A stretch of DNA of 64,000 nucleotides from positions 256,001 through 320,000 of the forward strand of contig CAVUWA010000002.1 of assembly GCA_963744995.1 (NCBI GenBank), read 5' to 3'. Positions 46,964 to 57,874 of the stretch are shown here, in pieces. The position numbers and the translations under genes were made by a program. Below the pieces are notes generated by a model, which saw only the letters and a list, made by a program, of their open reading frames with translations, was not told the DNA's origin and ran no database searches. Position 1 is the first letter of the stretch, and each line of letters begins with the position of its first letter. The DNA comes from Candidatus Eiseniibacteriota bacterium (GTDB lineage Bacteria; Eisenbacteria; RBG-16-71-46).

Positions 46964-49171
46964 TTGAAACGACTTCCTGCACTGCTCACGGCCATCCTCC
47001 TCGCGATGGCCTTCGGTTTCAGCACGGCCCGCGCCGACGTGATCCTGTCGGAGCTTTGCGATCCTCAGTCCAACTATCCGACCGACCGCTTCATCGAGAT
47101 CTACAACAGCGGCCCCGGCGCCGTGGACCTCACCGGCTGGTCGGTCATCGCCGTCGCCAACGGCGTCGATGCGCTGACCTGGCCGCTGTCCGGCACCATC
47201 GCGGCCGGGCAGGCGAAGGTGTGCGGCTACACCGCGCCGGTGACCGGCTTCACGGTGGACTTCCAGGACGCGGCGTGGACCACGACCGTCGCGGGCCAGG
47301 GCTCCTACAACTGGAACGGCAAGGTCGGCGACGGCGCGAAGCTCAAGAACGACGTCGGCACGGTGATCGATCTCGTGCTCGCGACCGGCGACCTGTTCAA
47401 CGACCGCGACATGGTGCGCAACTCGGACGTTGGAGTGCCCAATCCTGCGTTCACGCTCTCGGAGTGGACGATCACGCCGGTGACGCTGGCGACCGACGGC
47501 AGCCCCGGCTCCCACAACGGCTCCGTGCCGGTGCCGGGGCCGAAGATCGCGGACATCATCACCGATCCGGCGATGCCCCAGGAGGCGGTGGGCACCCACG
47601 TGCAGGCGAGCGTGGTGGACACCAGCGGACCGATCGCCTCGGTCTCGTGCGCGTGGGGGACGACCAGCGGTTCGCTCGCCAACTCGATTCCGATGGAACT
47701 GCTCTCGGACTCCACCTATCGGACGATGACGCAGATCCCCGGGCAGCCGGCGGGCGCAACCATCTACTACAAGGTGCAGGCGGTGGGGGCGTTCTCGAAC
47801 AGCGCTTCATCGATCCTGAGCTTCACGATTCCGGGGGACGGCGGTAACGCACCGACGATCGTCGCGGTCGGCGAGATGAGCGATTCCACGCTGCTCGTGC
47901 AGTTCAGCGAGCCGGTGGAGAAGTCCAGCGCCGAGACCCCGTCGAACTACACGGTGGGCGCGCTGCCGGCCGTCGCCGCCATGCGTGACGCGGCGGACAG
48001 CGCCAACGTCCTGATCACCGTGCGCAACATCCCCGCGGGGCCCGAGACGCTCACGGTGAACGGCGTGGCCGACACGGCGGCCAACGTCGCCTACGGCATC
48101 ACTCACGTCTTCACCTACATCGACGTGAGCATCCCGCCCGGCTACTACGACGGCACCGCCGGGCTTACCGGCTCGGCGCTGCGGGTGGCGCTGCACGACA
48201 TCATCAGGAACCACACCGTCACGAGCTACTCGTACGCGCTCACCGCATTCGCGACCACCGACGTCAAGCCCAACGGCAAGATCTGGGACATGTATTCGGA
48301 CGTCCCGGGCGGCACGCCGCCCTACGAGTACAACGTCGGCCAGACGGGACAGGGCGGCAGCGAGGGGCTCGGCTACAACCGCGAGCACTCGTTCCCGCAG
48401 TCATGGTTCGGCGGCGCCTCGCCGATGTACTCGGACCTGTGGATCCTCTATCCGACCGATTCGTACGTGAACGGCGTTCGCGCCAACTATCCGTACGGCG
48501 AGGTCGGCGTTGCGACCTACACCTCGCTCAACGGCAGCAAGCTCGGGCCCAGCGTGAGCCCGGGCTACTCGGGTACGGTGTTCGAGCCCATCGACGGGTA
48601 CAAGGGCGACCTCGCGCGCGGCATGTTCTACATTGCGACGCGTTACCTGGGCGAGGACGCCGGCTGGCCCGGGAGCCCGTCGGCCTCCGGCTCGCAGTGG
48701 CTGCCGTGGGCCGCGGAGCAGTATCTGGCCTGGAGCAACGGCGATGCCGTGAGCTGGAAGGAACGCCTGCGCAACGGGGCGATCTACACGATTCAGCACA
48801 ACCGCAACCCGTTCGTGGACCATCCGGAGTTCGTCGCCGCGATCTACGACACCGCGGGCAGCGTCGGCGTCGAGCCCGGGCTGGCGGCGCGCACGGTCCG
48901 GCTGCGGCAGAACGCGCCGAACCCGTTCATGGCGAGCACGTCGATCCGCTTCGACATCGCGCGCCGGGTGCCGGTGTCGCTGCGGATCTACGACGTGACC
49001 GGCCGCCGGGTGCGGGTGCTCGTGGACGGCCGCGCGATGGAGCCCGGCAGTCACGCCGTGGAGTGGAACGGCCGCGACGACCGCGGCGCGTTGCTCAAGG
49101 CGGGGCTCTACCTCTGCCGCCTCGACGCGGGAACGGTCAGCGAGACGAAACGGATCGTCTTCACGCGGTGA
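46964..49171 (+). CDS. Secreted endonuclease I (EndA/NucM-like) with lamin-tail domain and FlgD-Ig/T9SS-like C-terminal domain
   Basis: Signal peptide; LTD (FIEIYNSG...VDLTGW); NREHSFPQSWF, KGDLAR.MFY and NRNPFVDHPE; C-terminal QNAPNPF...YDVTGR.VR.L...WNGRD. Confidence 0.88.
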   Translation: MKRLPALLTAILLAMAFGFSTARADVILSELCDPQSNYPTDRFIEIYNSGPGAVDLTGWSVIAVANGVDALTWPLSGTIAAGQAKVCGYTAPVTGFTVDFQDAAWTTTVAGQGSYNWNGKVGDGAKLKNDVGTVIDLVLATGDLFNDRDMVRNSDVGVPNPAFTLSEWTITPVTLATDGSPGSHNGSVPVPGPKIADIITDPAMPQEAVGTHVQASVVDTSGPIASVSCAWGTTSGSLANSIPMELLSDSTYRTMTQIPGQPAGATIYYKVQAVGAFSNSASSILSFTIPGDGGNAPTIVAVGEMSDSTLLVQFSEPVEKSSAETPSNYTVGALPAVAAMRDAADSANVLITVRNIPAGPETLTVNGVADTAANVAYGITHVFTYIDVSIPPGYYDGTAGLTGSALRVALHDIIRNHTVTSYSYALTAFATTDVKPNGKIWDMYSDVPGGTPPYEYNVGQTGQGGSEGLGYNREHSFPQSWFGGASPMYSDLWILYPTDSYVNGVRANYPYGEVGVATYTSLNGSKLGPSVSPGYSGTVFEPIDGYKGDLARGMFYIATRYLGEDAGWPGSPSASGSQWLPWAAEQYLAWSNGDAVSWKERLRNGAIYTIQHNRNPFVDHPEFVAAIYDTAGSVGVEPGLAARTVRLRQNAPNPFMASTSIRFDIARRVPVSLRIYDVTGRRVRVLVDGRAMEPGSHAVEWNGRDDRGALLKAGLYLCRLDAGTVSETKRIVFTR

Positions 49172-49226
49172 GTGGACGGCGCGGCGATCCGGCGCCCGTC
49201 ATGGCGCCGGTTCGCCGCTTCCTCAT

Positions 49227-50016
49227 CTACATCAGCCCGCGGATCCAGCCGCCGTCCACCGCGATCGACTGCCCGGTGACGTAGCCCGCGCGCTCGGACG
49301 CGAGGAATACGGCGAGCGCCGCCAGTTCGGCCGGGTCGCCGATCCGCCGCATCGGGATCTGGTCGTGCGCCCGCTGCCGCACGGTTTCGACGGGGATCCC
49401 TTCGCGCGCGGCCGTGTCCTCGTGCAGTTCGACGAGGCGCTCGGTGTTCATGAAGCCCGGCAGGATCGTGTTCACCGTGATGCCCTCGGCCGCGACCTCG
49501 TTGGCGAGCGTGCGCGCGAAGCCGGTCACCGCGGCGCGGATCGAAGTCGACAGCATCAGGCCGTCCATGGGCTGCTTCACCGTGAGCGACGTCACGTGGA
49601 TCACGCGACCCCAGCGCCGCGTGCGCATGCCGGGCAGCACGGCGCGGGTCATCTCCACCGCGCTCCGCAGCGTCAGCTCCACGGCTTTCTGCCAGGCGGC
49701 CCACTCGTGCGATTCGAACGGGCCCGGCGGCGGGCCGCCGGCGTTGGTGACGAGTACGTCCACACGCCCGAAGCGCTCGAGCGTCGAGCGCACGATCCGC
49801 TCGATCCCGTCCGTGCGGGAAACGTCGGCGGTGGCGGCGTGCACGCCGGCCGCGGTGCGCTTCGCGATGCTCTCGCGCCGATTCGAGTGCCGCCGCGCCG
49901 CGGGCGCAGATCGCGAGTGCGGCGCCCTCGTCGGCCAGGGCTTCGGCGATGGCGCGGCCGAGGCCCCTGCTGGCAGCCGCGACGAGGGCGACCTTTCCTT
50001 CGAGTCCGGTCCGCAC
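49227..50016 (-). pseudogene. SDR-family oxidoreductase, one frameshift near 49876
   Basis: AAASRGLG N-terminus in one frame; TNAGGPPPG...YVTGQSIAVDGG in another; apparent loss of a GC dinucleotide in a GCGC run. Confidence 0.8.
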
Positions 50017-50019
50017 CGC

Positions 50020-50391
50020 TCAGCGCCTGAGGTAATCGTCGCTGCGCTCGAGCCAGTCCTGCCGGATCGGGCAGAAGACGTCGGCCACGACGGTGTCCTC
50101 GAGCGCCTCCGCGGCGTGCGGCAGGTGGGACGGCAGGACGAGGAGCTCGCCCGCGCGCACGTCCACCTGTTCGGCGCCGTCCGCACCGAGGCGGAAGCGC
50201 AGCACGCCCTTCAACACATGCGTGATCTGCTCGTTCTCGTGATCGTGACGGGGAACGACGCAACCGCGCGCGAGGAAGAACTGCGCCAGCGTGATCTGGC
50301 TGCCGTTCACGAAGCGGCGTTCGAGTTTGTCGTTGAGCCGCTCGCGCGGCATGTCGTCCCAGCGGACATGGGTTGCCTGAGTGGCGGGCAT
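50020..50391 (-). CDS. Cupin-domain protein
   Basis: VPRHDHENEQ...G.L and PHAAEALED....DVF.P.R.DW. Confidence 0.87.
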   Translation of the reverse strand: MPATQATHVRWDDMPRERLNDKLERRFVNGSQITLAQFFLARGCVVPRHDHENEQITHVLKGVLRFRLGADGAEQVDVRAGELLVLPSHLPHAAEALEDTVVADVFCPIRQDWLERSDDYLRR

Positions 50392-50486
50392 GGGGATCCT
50401 CCTGAGGGCTGCGCCCGGGGTATGCCCGTCAGGATAGCCGGCGGCCTGCGGTGCTTCCAGCACGCCGACGCCGCAGAGGTGTCTCT

Positions 50487-52955
50487 TCAGCGAAGGACGA
50501 CGACGCGACCCGTCACGATTCTCGTGCCATCGCTCAGCGTGACGAAGTAGACGCCGGGAGACACCCGCGTCCCCGCGGTGGTGCGCAGATCCCACCGCGC
50601 GCTCGCCGTCCCCGCCAGGACCTGCCGGATGTTCGGGCTCGCAACGCGACGACCGGAGAGATCGAAGACGCCGAGATCGGCTGCGGTCGCGGCCTCGAGC
50701 TGCAATTGCAGGCTTACCGACTCACGCGCCGGATTGGGCGTCACGGTCAACGCGGGCGGAGCGCCTCCGGGAGTCGTTCCGGACGGAACGGCGGCCGCTG
50801 CTGGCGTGCGGAGGTTGCGCAGAACCGTGACCTCGGCAGGGAATTCCCCCGACACCACGAGATCCGGAAAGCCGTCGCCGTCGGCATCTCCCAGTGAGAG
50901 GCGATGTGCGCCGTACGGCGGACCGTAGGCGTACGCGTCCTCGTGAAACGTTCCGTCGCCGTTGCCGAGCAGGATGGTGACGTAGGTCTCGCGGTCCGCT
51001 ACCGCGAGATCGAGGCGGCCGTCGCCATCGAGATCCGCACACTCCACCTGCTGGGCCGCGACCCCATAGAGCGGGGGATCCAGCGCGGTGAACGTCCCGT
51101 CGCCTGCGCCCAGGAATACGATCGGGGGATCGAGGGACAGACGCGCTCCCGCGCCCACGACGTCCAGGTCACCGTCCCCGTTCAGATCCCCGATGGCGAG
51201 GTCGATCATGTTTGTGCATACGCCGCTGCGCAGCACCGGGTCGAAGGTCCCGTTCCCGTGCCCGAGGAACACGTTGAGCCGATGGTCGCCCACGGCCGCG
51301 ACCATCAGGTCCGGAATCATGTCGCCGTTGAAGTCGGCCGACTTCACGTCGAGCGGCTGGCTGCCGGTCGCATAGGGCACGCCGGCGTCGAATGTGCCGT
51401 CACCGTGGCCGCGATGAACCCAAAGCTGGTCGTTGCCGAAACAGGTGGCGGCGAGATCGAGGCTGCCGTCGCCGTCGAAGTCGGCCAGGCATACCTCCTC
51501 GGGCAGACTTCCCGTGGCGAAGGAAGTGCGCGAGCCGAACGAGCCGTCACCCCGGCCCGGAAACACCGACAGGCTGTCGACGCCTCCGTCGGTCACGACG
51601 AGGTCCGGAACGCCGTCCCCGTCGACGTCGCCGGTCGCGAAGCGGGCGGGTGGCGCGCCGGTGGGAAGGTCGATACGCGCGTCGAAGCCGCCGGCCGACC
51701 GTCCCGGAAAGACGCTCACGACTTCCCAGGGCGTCGGCGACAGCGCGATGACGTCGCCGAGGCCGTCGCCCGTCAGGTCATTCAACCCTATCTGAAACAG
51801 CGGGCCGCCGGTGGCCAGGTTCGTCCCGCTGCCGAAGGTCCGGTCGCCGTTAGCGTGCAGGAACGCCACGTGTCCCGTGGCGTGTGCGGTGAGAAGGTCG
51901 GGGCGCCCGTCTTCGTCGAGGTCCGCCACGGCGACGCCGGACATCCAGCCGTCGGTGGGCGCGTCCAGAGCGGTGCCGAAGCCGCCACCCGCGAGCCCGG
52001 GCAGAACGGCCACACGGTTGCGCGTCGGTTGCGTCACCACGACATCCGGAAGCCCATCCGCGTCGACGTCCGCGACGACGATGCTGCTCGACGCCCCGGA
52101 TCCGCCATCGGCCGGCAGCGCGGTCCAGGCGCCGGATCCGAACGTCCCGTCACCTTTGCCGCGCAGAACGCGGAGGCTCGAGGCGCCGGTGAGGACGAGG
52201 TCATTCCATCCATCGTGATCGACGTCCATGACGACCACCGAATCGGGCGTGGTTCCTGCGGCCTGGATGACCGCAGCCTGAAAGGTTCCGTCGCCGTTAC
52301 CCCTGAACGTCGCGATGCCGTTCCAGGCCGGCAGCGTCACGACGAGATCCGGAATCGAGTCGGCATCGAGCGGCGCGATGGCGACTGCCCTGGGCGCCGT
52401 GGGCAGGGTCAGGTCCAATTCGGAGCCGAAAGTCGCGTCGCCCGCGCCGAGGCGCACCGAGATCACATTCGCCACGGTGCACGCCACGACGAGATCTTCC
52501 AGGCCGTCCGCGTCGAGGTCGCCGAGGTCGAACGTCCTCGCTCCAGGGGCCGTCGAGATCGACACGGGTGGATCGAACGAGCCGTCCCCGTGACCGGCGA
52601 GAAACGAGACACTGTTCGACCCGGCGTTGAGCACCATCAGGTCCACGTGGTCGTCCCCGTTGAGATCGCGCACGATCATTCCGCCGGGCGAGGGACCGGC
52701 CGCATACGTCGCAGCCGCCGCCAGCGTCCCGTCGCCGCTTCCGAGCGCGACCCGAATCCCGGACTGCGCGTCGCCAGCGGCGACGTCGAGGTGGCCATCC
52801 TCATCGAAGTCGGCCGCTGCCAGCGAGTGCAGGTTGCCGCCGAGGGGAACGGCCAGGTAGCTCGCTTCGAAGAGAGGCGCAGCGAACGCACGAACCGGCA
52901 CCGCTGCGATGAGGAGCATGGCGGCGGTCATGAACGCAGGGCGGAAACGGACCAT
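50487..52955 (-). CDS. FG-GAP/VCBS-repeat secreted protein with T9SS-like C-terminal domain
   Basis: 14 DxDxDG..D repeats counted by eye (consistent with two 7-blade propellers); C-terminal PNP...FDLSGRRV...GVYFV. Confidence 0.88.
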   Translation of the reverse strand: MVRFRPAFMTAAMLLIAAVPVRAFAAPLFEASYLAVPLGGNLHSLAAADFDEDGHLDVAAGDAQSGIRVALGSGDGTLAAAATYAAGPSPGGMIVRDLNGDDHVDLMVLNAGSNSVSFLAGHGDGSFDPPVSISTAPGARTFDLGDLDADGLEDLVVACTVANVISVRLGAGDATFGSELDLTLPTAPRAVAIAPLDADSIPDLVVTLPAWNGIATFRGNGDGTFQAAVIQAAGTTPDSVVVMDVDHDGWNDLVLTGASSLRVLRGKGDGTFGSGAWTALPADGGSGASSSIVVADVDADGLPDVVVTQPTRNRVAVLPGLAGGGFGTALDAPTDGWMSGVAVADLDEDGRPDLLTAHATGHVAFLHANGDRTFGSGTNLATGGPLFQIGLNDLTGDGLGDVIALSPTPWEVVSVFPGRSAGGFDARIDLPTGAPPARFATGDVDGDGVPDLVVTDGGVDSLSVFPGRGDGSFGSRTSFATGSLPEEVCLADFDGDGSLDLAATCFGNDQLWVHRGHGDGTFDAGVPYATGSQPLDVKSADFNGDMIPDLMVAAVGDHRLNVFLGHGNGTFDPVLRSGVCTNMIDLAIGDLNGDGDLDVVGAGARLSLDPPIVFLGAGDGTFTALDPPLYGVAAQQVECADLDGDGRLDLAVADRETYVTILLGNGDGTFHEDAYAYGPPYGAHRLSLGDADGDGFPDLVVSGEFPAEVTVLRNLRTPAAAAVPSGTTPGGAPPALTVTPNPARESVSLQLQLEAATAADLGVFDLSGRRVASPNIRQVLAGTASARWDLRTTAGTRVSPGVYFVTLSDGTRIVTGRVVVLR

Positions 52956-53084
52956 GCGCAGGGTATCGGCCCGAGGGGCGGTCGACTCGAGACCCTTGAC
53001 CCCGGCGGAGCAGACCGGGCGGCGGCCGTGGGCCCGGCCCGCGCCTGCCGCCGGCGATGCCCGCGGAGCGGGATGCCGCGCGGG

Positions 53085-54428
53085 CTAGCCCCGTCGTCCC
53101 TTCAGAATCTTCACGAACGAGCGGCTGCGGAACTCCTCCAGCGTGAGCCCGGTTTCGAGCGCTTCGGCCTCGGTCACCGCACCGCACGCCATGCCGCGCA
53201 GGAAGTAGTTGAGCAGCCCCTGGCCGGTGGCGGCATCGTCGAAGATGTCGCCGAGCAGCGTCGCCTGTGCGGCGCGGTCCATGAACGCGCGCAGCCGGGC
53301 CGCGGCATCCTCGCGGCTCTCGAGGAAGAACGAGAACACGGCGGCGTAGCGCGTGGGCAGCTGTCCCGGGTTCAGGTCCCAGCCCTGGTAGTAGGCGTGG
53401 GAGAGCGAGCGGCGCACGTCGTCGTAGTGGATCTTCCACGCGCGGTGGACGGCGCGGGTGTTCTCGGCCTGCTGTGCCGCCGTGAGCGGGCTGCCGGGCG
53501 TCTCGCGGTGCGGGCCGACCGGCATCACCGTGGTGGCGCCGTCCGAGAGCACGACGCCGGTGCCGGCGAGCGACACCTGCATGACATGGCGCGCGAAGTC
53601 GCACGCGGGGTGCGACGGCTGCTGGTGCGCCGCGGTGATGCTCAGGCCGGCCGTGTAGTCGTAGGTGCCGAAGTGCGCGCCGCGGCAGCGGCCGCGCGCC
53701 GCGGCGACGAGGCTCGGAATCGAAACGGTGCCGTCGGGCGCGAAGATCGAGTGCGGCGTCTCGATCATCAGCTCGATGATCAGCGAGCCGGGTTTCATCT
53801 TCGCGTCGCGCTCGAACAGCTCCAGCACGTCGGTGAACGCGGCGACCTGCTCGATGCGCGTGATCTTGGGCAGGGTGATCGCGAAACCCCCGGGCAGCCG
53901 GCCGCCGGTCTCGTCGAGCAGCGTGCCGAGGAACAGGTCGAGCGTGCGCACGCTGCGCACCCGCAGCTCCTCGCTGAGCGGCTTCACGCGGATCCCGATG
54001 AACGGCGGCAGGGCGCCGTCCTTCATTCCGGCCGCGACCTCGGCCGCCGCCGAGCGCGCGTGGCCATCCTCCTCCGCATCGGGGCGATTACCGTAGCCGT
54101 CCTCGAAGTCGAGCCGGAAGTCTTCGATCGGCTCGCGCGCCAGCTTCTCCCGCACGCGCGGATGCACGAGCGCCGCGAGTTCGGGCGGCATGCCGAGCGC
54201 GGCGGCGAGCGCGGCCGGGTCGGGGGCGCAGGCGTCGAACATCCCGAGCGCGATCGCGCCCAGCTTCCGCACGGTGTCGGCCCGGAACAGGTGGGCACCG
54301 CCGTAGACGGTGTGCACCGGCTGGCGGTCGGCGCGCTCGCCGGGGTAGGCTTCCGCGAATTCCAGATTGGCTGCGCTCAGGCGGGAGAGCACTTCGCGCA
54401 GCGCGTCTTCTCTCAAGACCATCGACAT
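53085..54428 (-). CDS. DUF6986 / HpcH-HpaI aldolase-citrate lyase (malate-synthase-like TIM barrel) family protein
   Basis: RQPVHTVYGGAHLF, EDFRLDFEDGYG, TLPK, ELMIET, HFGTYDY, SDGAT and QGWDL.P.QL. Confidence 0.8.
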   Translation of the reverse strand: MSMVLREDALREVLSRLSAANLEFAEAYPGERADRQPVHTVYGGAHLFRADTVRKLGAIALGMFDACAPDPAALAAALGMPPELAALVHPRVREKLAREPIEDFRLDFEDGYGNRPDAEEDGHARSAAAEVAAGMKDGALPPFIGIRVKPLSEELRVRSVRTLDLFLGTLLDETGGRLPGGFAITLPKITRIEQVAAFTDVLELFERDAKMKPGSLIIELMIETPHSIFAPDGTVSIPSLVAAARGRCRGAHFGTYDYTAGLSITAAHQQPSHPACDFARHVMQVSLAGTGVVLSDGATTVMPVGPHRETPGSPLTAAQQAENTRAVHRAWKIHYDDVRRSLSHAYYQGWDLNPGQLPTRYAAVFSFFLESREDAAARLRAFMDRAAQATLLGDIFDDAATGQGLLNYFLRGMACGAVTEAEALETGLTLEEFRSRSFVKILKGRRG

Positions 54429-54443
54429 GAAGGACTCCCGAAC

Positions 54444-55268
54444 ATGAGCGATTCTTCGGCGGGCGCGGGCTCGCAATCGATCCTGCTGGTCAGGAGTCGC
54501 GCCGTGGTCGCGCGAAATTACGCGATCCTCCCGCCGGAGGGAATCCCCGCGGCGCCGGTGCCCGGCTGGACCGACGTGGACGCCCGCATCCTGTGCGCGC
54601 CGGCGCTGGGCGCCGGATTCTCGATGATCCTGCTCGACGTTCCCGCCGACCGCGGCGCCTCGCAGTCGCTGCCGGCGGACGTGCAGGGCTTCCTGTTCGT
54701 CGTCGACGGGCACCTGCAGCTCATCGTGAACGAGGCGGCCGTGGAGCTCGGCAGGGGAGGCTACGCCTACCTGCCGCCGGCGACGGAGTTTTCGGCGAAG
54801 GCGGTGGGCGGCACGGCGCGCGTGCTGTGGACCCGCAAGCGCTATGAGGCGCTCAGCGACGAGCGGCCGCGCGCCGTGATCGGCGACGAAACGAAGATGC
54901 CCGGCGAGACGTGGCTCTTCGGCAGCGGCAACCCGCTGCTCCCCGACACCGCGGTGCCGGTCGAGGGCGCGATCCTCAAGATGCTGCTGCCCGACGAGAT
55001 GGTCTACGACATGGCCATGAACATCTTCACGTTCCAGCCCGGCCGCGGGCTGCCGGTCACCGAAACCCATGTCATGGAACACGGCCTGCTGTTCCTCGAG
55101 GGGCAGGGGATGTACCTGCTCGGCGATACATGGTACGAAGTGCACGAGGGCGACTTCATCTGGATGGGCCCGTACGTGCCCCAGTCGTTCTACGCCACCG
55201 GATCGGGCGCCGCCCGCTACCTCTATTACAAGAACGTGCACCGCGACATCCGCCTTCGGAGTGACTGA
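54444..55268 (+). CDS. allE: (S)-ureidoglycine aminohydrolase (bicupin)
   Basis: YAYLPP, W..KRYE, DMAMNIFTFQPG, ETHVMEHGL..LEG.G.Y, GDFIWM..Y.PQ and YLYYK.V.R. Confidence 0.88.
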   Translation: MSDSSAGAGSQSILLVRSRAVVARNYAILPPEGIPAAPVPGWTDVDARILCAPALGAGFSMILLDVPADRGASQSLPADVQGFLFVVDGHLQLIVNEAAVELGRGGYAYLPPATEFSAKAVGGTARVLWTRKRYEALSDERPRAVIGDETKMPGETWLFGSGNPLLPDTAVPVEGAILKMLLPDEMVYDMAMNIFTFQPGRGLPVTETHVMEHGLLFLEGQGMYLLGDTWYEVHEGDFIWMGPYVPQSFYATGSGAARYLYYKNVHRDIRLRSD

Positions 55269-55274
55269 CCTTTC

Positions 55275-56386
<1,112 letters not shown>

Positions 56387-56390
<4 letters not shown>

Positions 56391-57412
56391 ATCGCCCCGC
56401 AATCGCCGTGATGCTCGGACTGCTGGTCTGCGCGTCGCAGGCCCAGGCCGAACCCGACACCACCCGCACGATGCCCGGCCCGTGGGAGTACGGCGCCAGC
56501 GTCGCGCTCAACCTGTCGCAGAGCGCCTACAGCAGCAACTGGAACGGCGGCGACAAGGGCTCGATCAACTGGGTGCTGCAGGGGGACGCCAAGGCGGAGC
56601 GCCAGATGTCCCGATGGTTCCACCTCTCCAACACCCTGCAGTTGAGCTACGGGCAGACGGCGAAGCAGGTGGACGATCCCGAGAATCCGAACCGCATCGT
56701 GTTCGACCGGCCGGAGAAGACCACCGATCTGATCCTGCTCGAGTCCACCGGCCGCTTCACGCTCGATACCTGGGTAGACCCGTTCGTCGGCCTGCGCCTG
56801 GAATCGCAGTTCAGCGACCAGACGGACCCGCGCGCGAGCATTCCGTTCAACCCGCTGCGCCTGACCCAGACGGCCGGCGCGGCGCGGGTGCTGGTCAAGG
56901 ACGAGAACCGCGAATGGCTCACCCGCCTGGGCTTCAGCCTGCGCGAGACCTTCTCGCGCGCGTTCGCGGACACGGTGGGGCTCGGCAAGGGCAGCTCGAC
57001 CTCGATCGACGGCGGGGTCGAGTGGCTCTCCACGGTCCAGCAGCCGCTGGCCGGGAAGCGGATCCTCTACAAGGGGCGGCTGCTGGTGTTCGTTCCGCTG
57101 TTCTTCGACCACGCCGGACGGCTCGAGACCTTCGACATGCGGGCCATCGCGCTGGATCCGGGCCGCGAAGAGGTGCAGGACTTCTGGAAGGCGCCGAACG
57201 TGAACTTCCAGAATACGTTCACGGCGCCGCTCACCGATCACCTGAACGTCAACCTCTACGTGCAGTGGATCTATCAGAAGTTCGACCAGTCGGTGAACGT
57301 CGACCTGGACAAGCCCATCGCCGATCTGATTCCGATCGTGGACGGTGCGATCCGCAAGGCGGGTCAGTTCAAGCAGACCCTGGCGATCGGACTCACCTAC
57401 ACGCTGTTCTAG
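56387..57412 (+). CDS. Outer-membrane beta-barrel protein, DUF3078-like
   Basis: Signal peptide; LNLSQ.AYS.NW.GG; C-terminal QFKQTLAIGLTYTLF barrel signature. Confidence 0.75.
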
Positions 57413-57668
57413 TCCGCACGGCCCGCGCGCCCGGCGCCGGCCAGGCCCGCACGGGCCGGCCCCGGTTGCGCCCGCCGGGGCGTGGCCATGCGGGGGCGGG
57501 CACGGCCGCCCGGCCCCGCGCGCGCCGCGCGCCCCGCAGCGGTTCGTTCGAGCGACCCGGCATCCCGGCACCTTCCCTCTACGTGCGTTTCGCAGAGCCG
57601 ATTACGCGGATCCGCAGCATTGCCGGGATGTCGAAATCGCCGCGCTCGTCGTGTGTTCACGGAAATCG

Positions 57669-57702
57669 TTGACTTCAAGGAATGGTCATGTAATCGTTTT
57701 CA
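57669..57702 (+). promoter_or_regulatory. Promoter region with LacI-family operator
   Basis: TTGACT at 57669-57674; TGTAATCGTTTTCA at 57689-57702 fits the LacI-family consensus TGWAANCGNTTWCA; LacI gene about 1.1 kb downstream. Confidence 0.7.
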
Positions 57703-57874
57703 CGCGGTTCAGGACACGCGGCCGGCAGGCGGCCCGTGCCCTGGCGCAAAACGCCGGAAGTCCGGCGCGGACCCCCGAACGCACGGATGCTTCGTCGTCG
57801 TCCCCCCCGGTTTCCTCCGGATCCGCCCATTGCTTCTCAGGTCCACCACCCTCCAACAAGGAGAACGGCTCACC

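Noticed and set aside
50487..52955. Periodic CCGTCGCCG-like repeats as a possible CRISPR or DNA repeat array
   Set aside because: Degenerate coding repeats of FG-GAP blades, not identical repeats with unique spacers
50904..55268. 1454-aa + strand ORF
   Set aside because: Mostly the antisense shadow of the FG-GAP and DUF6986 genes; only 54444-55268 (allE) has protein-like motifs
57413..57545. Extremely GC-rich stretch with several possible hairpins
   Set aside because: Low-complexity pairing expected by chance; no recognisable RNA family or U-tract
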